Below, in pieces: positions 59,943 to 64,000 of a stretch of DNA of 64,000 bases. The translations under genes and the position numbers were made by a program. Source of the DNA: an uncultured archaeon (GTDB taxonomy: Archaea > Thermoplasmatota > Thermoplasmata > Thermoplasmatales > Thermoplasmataceae). The notes below the pieces were generated by a model. It searched no databases. It saw only the letters and a list, made by a program, of their open reading frames with translations, and was not told the origin of the DNA. The stretch lies in assembly GCA_000965745.1 (NCBI GenBank), contig CP009479.1:160001-224000 (forward strand). Reading direction: 5' to 3'. Positions within the stretch are counted from its first letter, which is position 1; each line of letters starts with the position of its first letter.

Positions 59943-61692
59943 TATGGTCCTTGTCCTGCTGTTCGGGCTATCCAGCATTCTGGGTGCAATGCACAGGAGG
60001 CTCGGGTATTATTCCATCATGGCGGTTTCTGCCGCCTTTCTGGTAAACACGGCCCTCGATCTTACCTACACCGGATATTTCTCCATGATTGCATCCACTG
60101 TGTGGATCCTTGTCTCCTTCTTCTCAATTTCCTACGGTGAACGGTACGGAAAATGGCTTTCATCAATGCTTGCCCTGACAATAATGGGCATGTCCCTGAT
60201 TCTTGTCTCTGACAACTACCTTTACCTGATTGTGGGGTGGGAAGTCATGTCAGTTCCTTCATACGTCATAATTGGGCTCAACAAGAGCGATTCAAGGCCC
60301 CCCTTCATATTCATGATGTTCAGCGAGATAAGCACCATTTTCATAATAACAGGGGCAGCCTACGCCTTCGTTGTGACCGGTACACTTGCTTTCCAGTCCG
60401 TAAGCTCATACGTCCCGATGCTCCTGCTTTCGGTCGGAGCACTCGTAAAGATGGGGATGTCACCTTTCATGATCAGCGAATGGCTCCCCATAGCACATGG
60501 AAACGCACCCTCAAATGCTTCGGCAGTTCTAAGTTCTACCATGACACTGATGGGCGTATACCTTATTGTCAGGATGATGCTTATTTCGCCCCACCAGGCA
60601 TATGTCGGGCTGTTCTTTCTGATAGTGGGTGCGATTTCGATCCTGTTTGCAGCCATGTACGCATATGTATCAGAAAACATGAAGATGCTTGCGGGTTTCA
60701 GCACAGTGGACAATAATGCAGCAATTCTCGCAGGCGCAGGGCTGTATCTGGTGGTATCTTCACCAACCTTGCAGGTGTTCATACTCGACACCATCCTCAT
60801 AATGTCCCTCGCCCATTCAGTCGCAAAGTCGGGCCTCTTCATGTCAATCGGGAACACCGATGGGGAATTCTTCTCCCAGATAAGGGCAAAATCGAATTCA
60901 TTGAACAACATTGGAACATTCCTGTCCACCATGTCGCTCTCAGGCCTGCTCCCGACAATAGGGGGACTCGGAGTATGGATGCTGCTTGAGGCATTCTTCA
61001 TGGAAGCATACACAGGCGGATTCACTGGAATAATATCAATTGTGGTGGGATCAGTCATCGCTCTCGGGGAAGGGCTTGCCACCGGGGCAATGCTGAAAGT
61101 GCTTGCTTTCGGAAGCCTTTTTCACAGGCCCCGGGAGATGAGGCATGACACGGGTGCATACGCAGTCCTTGCAACAGGTGCTGTCCTTGTCGCCCTTTTC
61201 GCCGTTTCAACACTCATGGTCAATTCAGCATACATAGGGGGCCTTCCCTCTGTCGCGGTTTTCAACGGCTTCACCATATTGTCGAAATTCACGGGTGTCG
61301 ACTTTGGCCTGATATCCCCCGGATACATCATAGTTCTGGTTGGCATTTTCACAGTCGCTGCATATTATTTGTTTGGCAAGCCCAGGTCACGACCCGCTCC
61401 TGTGTGGAACGGCGGGAGGAAGCTGAATGAGGTGTATACGTCCTATGCCTATTCCAACAACATCAAGCTGATGCTGAGTAAGATTCTCAGGACAAGAGTA
61501 ACAAGATCGGGACAGCACGTAAGCATCGTGGATGTATTCTGGGCAGCAATGACCGGAACAGGGATCGCCTACAGGAAAATGTGCAGGTTCGTGACGCTGA
61601 AAATCATGAACAGTTCCATAGGCTGGTACATGGTATACATGATGGCAGCTTTCCTGGGAACTCTCCTCATCTTCGCCTTTGCATACAGTTGA
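59935..61692 (+). CDS. Ehr antiporter-like subunit (HyfB-like)
   Basis: GWEVMS, KMG..PF...WLPIAHGNAPSNASA.LS, AHS.AK..LF and W.GG motifs. Confidence 0.9.
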   Translation: MIDMVLVLLFGLSSILGAMHRRLGYYSIMAVSAAFLVNTALDLTYTGYFSMIASTVWILVSFFSISYGERYGKWLSSMLALTIMGMSLILVSDNYLYLIVGWEVMSVPSYVIIGLNKSDSRPPFIFMMFSEISTIFIITGAAYAFVVTGTLAFQSVSSYVPMLLLSVGALVKMGMSPFMISEWLPIAHGNAPSNASAVLSSTMTLMGVYLIVRMMLISPHQAYVGLFFLIVGAISILFAAMYAYVSENMKMLAGFSTVDNNAAILAGAGLYLVVSSPTLQVFILDTILIMSLAHSVAKSGLFMSIGNTDGEFFSQIRAKSNSLNNIGTFLSTMSLSGLLPTIGGLGVWMLLEAFFMEAYTGGFTGIISIVVGSVIALGEGLATGAMLKVLAFGSLFHRPREMRHDTGAYAVLATGAVLVALFAVSTLMVNSAYIGGLPSVAVFNGFTILSKFTGVDFGLISPGYIIVLVGIFTVAAYYLFGKPRSRPAPVWNGGRKLNEVYTSYAYSNNIKLMLSKILRTRVTRSGQHVSIVDVFWAAMTGTGIAYRKMCRFVTLKIMNSSIGWYMVYMMAAFLGTLLIFAFAYS

Positions 61693-61929
61693 GGCGGGCT
61701 GCATATCCAATTGCCTGCTGCATCGTGTTAATCTAGCACTTGCTGCTGGAATAGGTGCCTTTACGTATGTGGCAGGAGGAGGGTGATTAAAACCATCTAC
61801 ACTCCTTGATTTCCCCCGTCAGTTCTGATGGGCTGCAATTTGCTTATGCCATAAATCCACTTGATAGAGTAACTCCATGAAAAGCTGAAGTTGTCAAATT
61901 TCTTATAGTTCCACTAAGTAACCTTACAT

Positions 61930-62310
61930 ATGGAAATCTCCGCTTTTCTGAAGATTGTCGAAAATGAATATATGGAAGCATTGCGAAAGTTCAACTCCAA
62001 ATGGGAAAAAAATGGCAAAAGCCCGCCATCGTTTGTGGATTCGGCAGATTACGGGGATCTGAATCAGTTCAAGCAGTGGTTTGCATACGCTCTGGAAGTA
62101 ACTGAAATCAATTCCTCTGAGCCGACCACTCCTGAAGAGATAATATACAGAGCTGCCCTGCACAAATCCTCTATCAACCCTGAGAAGCCCGTATATCCAA
62201 GGATAATAAGCGCGCTATCCCTCTTCCAGGTGGAAGAGTTGGCAAAAATGTTCGGGCGGGAAAGGGCTGATGAATTGGCATATGCCATAAAAGAGCATCT
62301 GGAAAGCTGA
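61930..62310 (+). CDS. hypothetical protein (paralog of 63047..63538)
   Basis: 126 aa with TTATA about 25 nt upstream. Shares motifs with the convergent ORF. Confidence 0.75.
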   Translation: MEISAFLKIVENEYMEALRKFNSKWEKNGKSPPSFVDSADYGDLNQFKQWFAYALEVTEINSSEPTTPEEIIYRAALHKSSINPEKPVYPRIISALSLFQVEELAKMFGRERADELAYAIKEHLES

Positions 62311-63046
62311 AGCTTGCCACGGATGCCTTCAACGTATTGGGAAACTCACCCTACATGCCTGACAGTAAGATACATAACCGGGCAGGATATTGAAGGGTTC
62401 TGTTCCGTGAAAGACACCATGGACAGGATGGGGGGACCATGCTGGACTATTCTGAAAGCAACCCATTTTTGGCATCAAGGCAAGGCCCATTTTTACACAA
62501 ATATCCTGCGCGGCAATACCGGGTGTTTTCTCCTATACAACTTTGTGGACCGTGGGCATCATCCCTGCACTATCTTCACCCTTTGATGGTCATTCATTTT
62601 TAAGGCGAGGACGTTTCCCTCTGGTTTATTCAACAAAACGTTCCTGTCAATTTGTAGTGATATTATTGACAGGTAGCTTGCTTATTCTATAACATGCAAG
62701 AGTGCTAATTTATTGGTTCAGGCACAACCTGCAGTAGTACAGGAAGGCAATGACAGGATGATTGGGAAAGCGGAGAGGATCCATCATAATCCGTTCAGAT
62801 CCATGAGGCGTCTTGCGGGAGTTCCTTTATTTAGCTTGAGTGTCGGCTTCATATGATGTTGTTAGGCGTAAAAAGAGACAGGCTGGTGATTTTCGTCATG
62901 GATATTGGAAAACGCAACAGCGTCAATGATGGCTATTAAGGGTAGGTAAATTTTTGGCCGGAATAAAACAAATGCAGGAGAACTGATATACTATGATTAT
63001 TGGACTGCCCCTATATGGAATTCCGCAATTCTTCCAATATGGCTTT

Positions 63047-63538
63047 TCACGCGTCGTTCACATATTCTGCGTCCGCGTTGCTAGGTCTCCAAAACGATTT
63101 CTTTCTGCCTATCTCCCTCATCACGAGTTCGCAATGTTCAAAACACACCCTGAACTGGCAGACAGAAACGTCCACATCAGTGCCCCTCTCAAACATGGAT
63201 TTCCTGGCAACCCCAAAAATGGCCTCAAAGTCATCCTTGCTGAAAAGGGACAAGGCGCTTATGAGCTTGGGGTGCCGGAGCTCATAAGGTTGAGCAAAGG
63301 ACCTTGAGATGGCTGCGTGTACGAGGACGTCCTCCGGACTTACGCTCACGTCATCTATTATTATATCGGCAGTCCTGAGAGCCATGGTCAACCAATTCCT
63401 GAATTTTTGAACTCCTGAACAAATATATTCCGGAAAATGTCCCTTGGTAAAACCATACTGATTCTTCAGCGAGTTGGATTCCCTCAGCACGTTCATGTAT
63501 TCTTCTTCTACAAGTTTGACGAATGCTGCGCTGTACAT
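63047..63538 (-). CDS. hypothetical protein (paralog of 61930..62310)
   Basis: AFVKLVEEEYM vs AFLKIVENEYM, and PKLISALSLF vs PRIISALSLF. Confidence 0.75.
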   Translation of the reverse strand: MYSAAFVKLVEEEYMNVLRESNSLKNQYGFTKGHFPEYICSGVQKFRNWLTMALRTADIIIDDVSVSPEDVLVHAAISRSFAQPYELRHPKLISALSLFSKDDFEAIFGVARKSMFERGTDVDVSVCQFRVCFEHCELVMREIGRKKSFWRPSNADAEYVNDA

Positions 63539-63714
63539 AACGAAAGAAATACATTTATTAAGATAAGACGGGCATATTAATAGTAAGGTTAATCAAATTA
63601 TCTAGATTTATATAAATACTCCTCAGGCTGTGTGCCTGATTAGGAACGGATACTACCCTATACTGTGTTATTCCGACGAAAAACAGATATAGGCAAACTG
63701 ATAACCTGTTATTG

Positions 63715-63921
63715 ATGGACAGTACATACATTGAACTCAAGAAGAACATTCTGATGGGGATCCGGCTCGCCAGGGAGAAAACCAAAGAAATGCTTGCAAA
63801 TGCAATGGACAGCGAACAGTCTGCAATAAAAAAGGTGCTGCTTGAAATCGTGGGGCTGGAAGAGAGCATGAAAGGCTACGATCCGCTTGATGTAGCTGCA
63901 TTGGTTTCAAGGCTGAAATGA
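63715..63921 (+). CDS. small helical hypothetical protein
   Basis: 68-aa ORF with host-like codon usage. TTATATAAA upstream. Confidence 0.55.
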   Translation: MDSTYIELKKNILMGIRLAREKTKEMLANAMDSEQSAIKKVLLEIVGLEESMKGYDPLDVAALVSRLK

Positions 63922-64000
63922 AATTGGATTAAAGGATCGGTTTTGACTGTTCACTAGTCGCAAAAAAAAATTGAGTTTTACTCAATAGAATATGATGAGA

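Noticed and set aside
62314-62586. 90-aa ORF
   Set aside because: No SD or motif, and a Cys/His/Trp-rich random-like composition.
1-64000. CRISPR array, tRNA/rRNA genes, integrase/att sites
   Set aside because: No regularly spaced repeats, tRNA cloverleaf signatures or tyrosine integrase were seen by eye. The many long antisense ORFs in the track are shadows of real genes.

Overview
This 64 kb window looks like a Thermoplasmatales-type archaeal chromosome; that is inferred from GGTGA/GGAGG Shine-Dalgarno sites, TATA-box promoters, a thermopsin-type repeat surface protein and the overall gene content. (1) About 2.5-18.6 kb is an accessory/defence island, visibly AT-richer over much of its length and mostly bracketed by two co-oriented, decayed ISL3 copies. 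It holds a type I R-M system (hsdM, an inserted PD-(D/E)xK-like gene, hsdS, hsdR) and a two-gene unit of a 3-TM membrane protein plus a class III nucleotide cyclase that resembles Pycsar. It also holds two highly diverged copies of an unannotated two-gene module: protein A, plus protein B with a nuclease-like N-terminus, a wHTH-like region and a PIP-like tail. One B copy keeps the nuclease motif and the other has lost it. (2) About 18.6-52.6 kb is housekeeping and metabolic: a full Moco cluster (moaE, moaC, moaB, moaA, moaD, mobA, fdhD, two moeA), a GlcD/GlcF-like oxidase, peroxiredoxin with an AhpD-like partner, ALDH, MFS transporters, a Cys-less thiolase with DUF35 and a CoA-transferase, pirin, MscS, a radical SAM protein, PfpI, an M20 amidohydrolase and DUF72. 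(3) 52.6-53.9 kb holds nested IS200/IS605 and IS607 relics. (4) 55.1-61.7 kb is a fluoride riboswitch heading a six-gene energy-converting hydrogenase-related (Ehr) operon whose large subunit lacks the Ni ligands. No tRNA, rRNA or CRISPR array was seen. All family assignments come from motif recognition by eye, not database searches.
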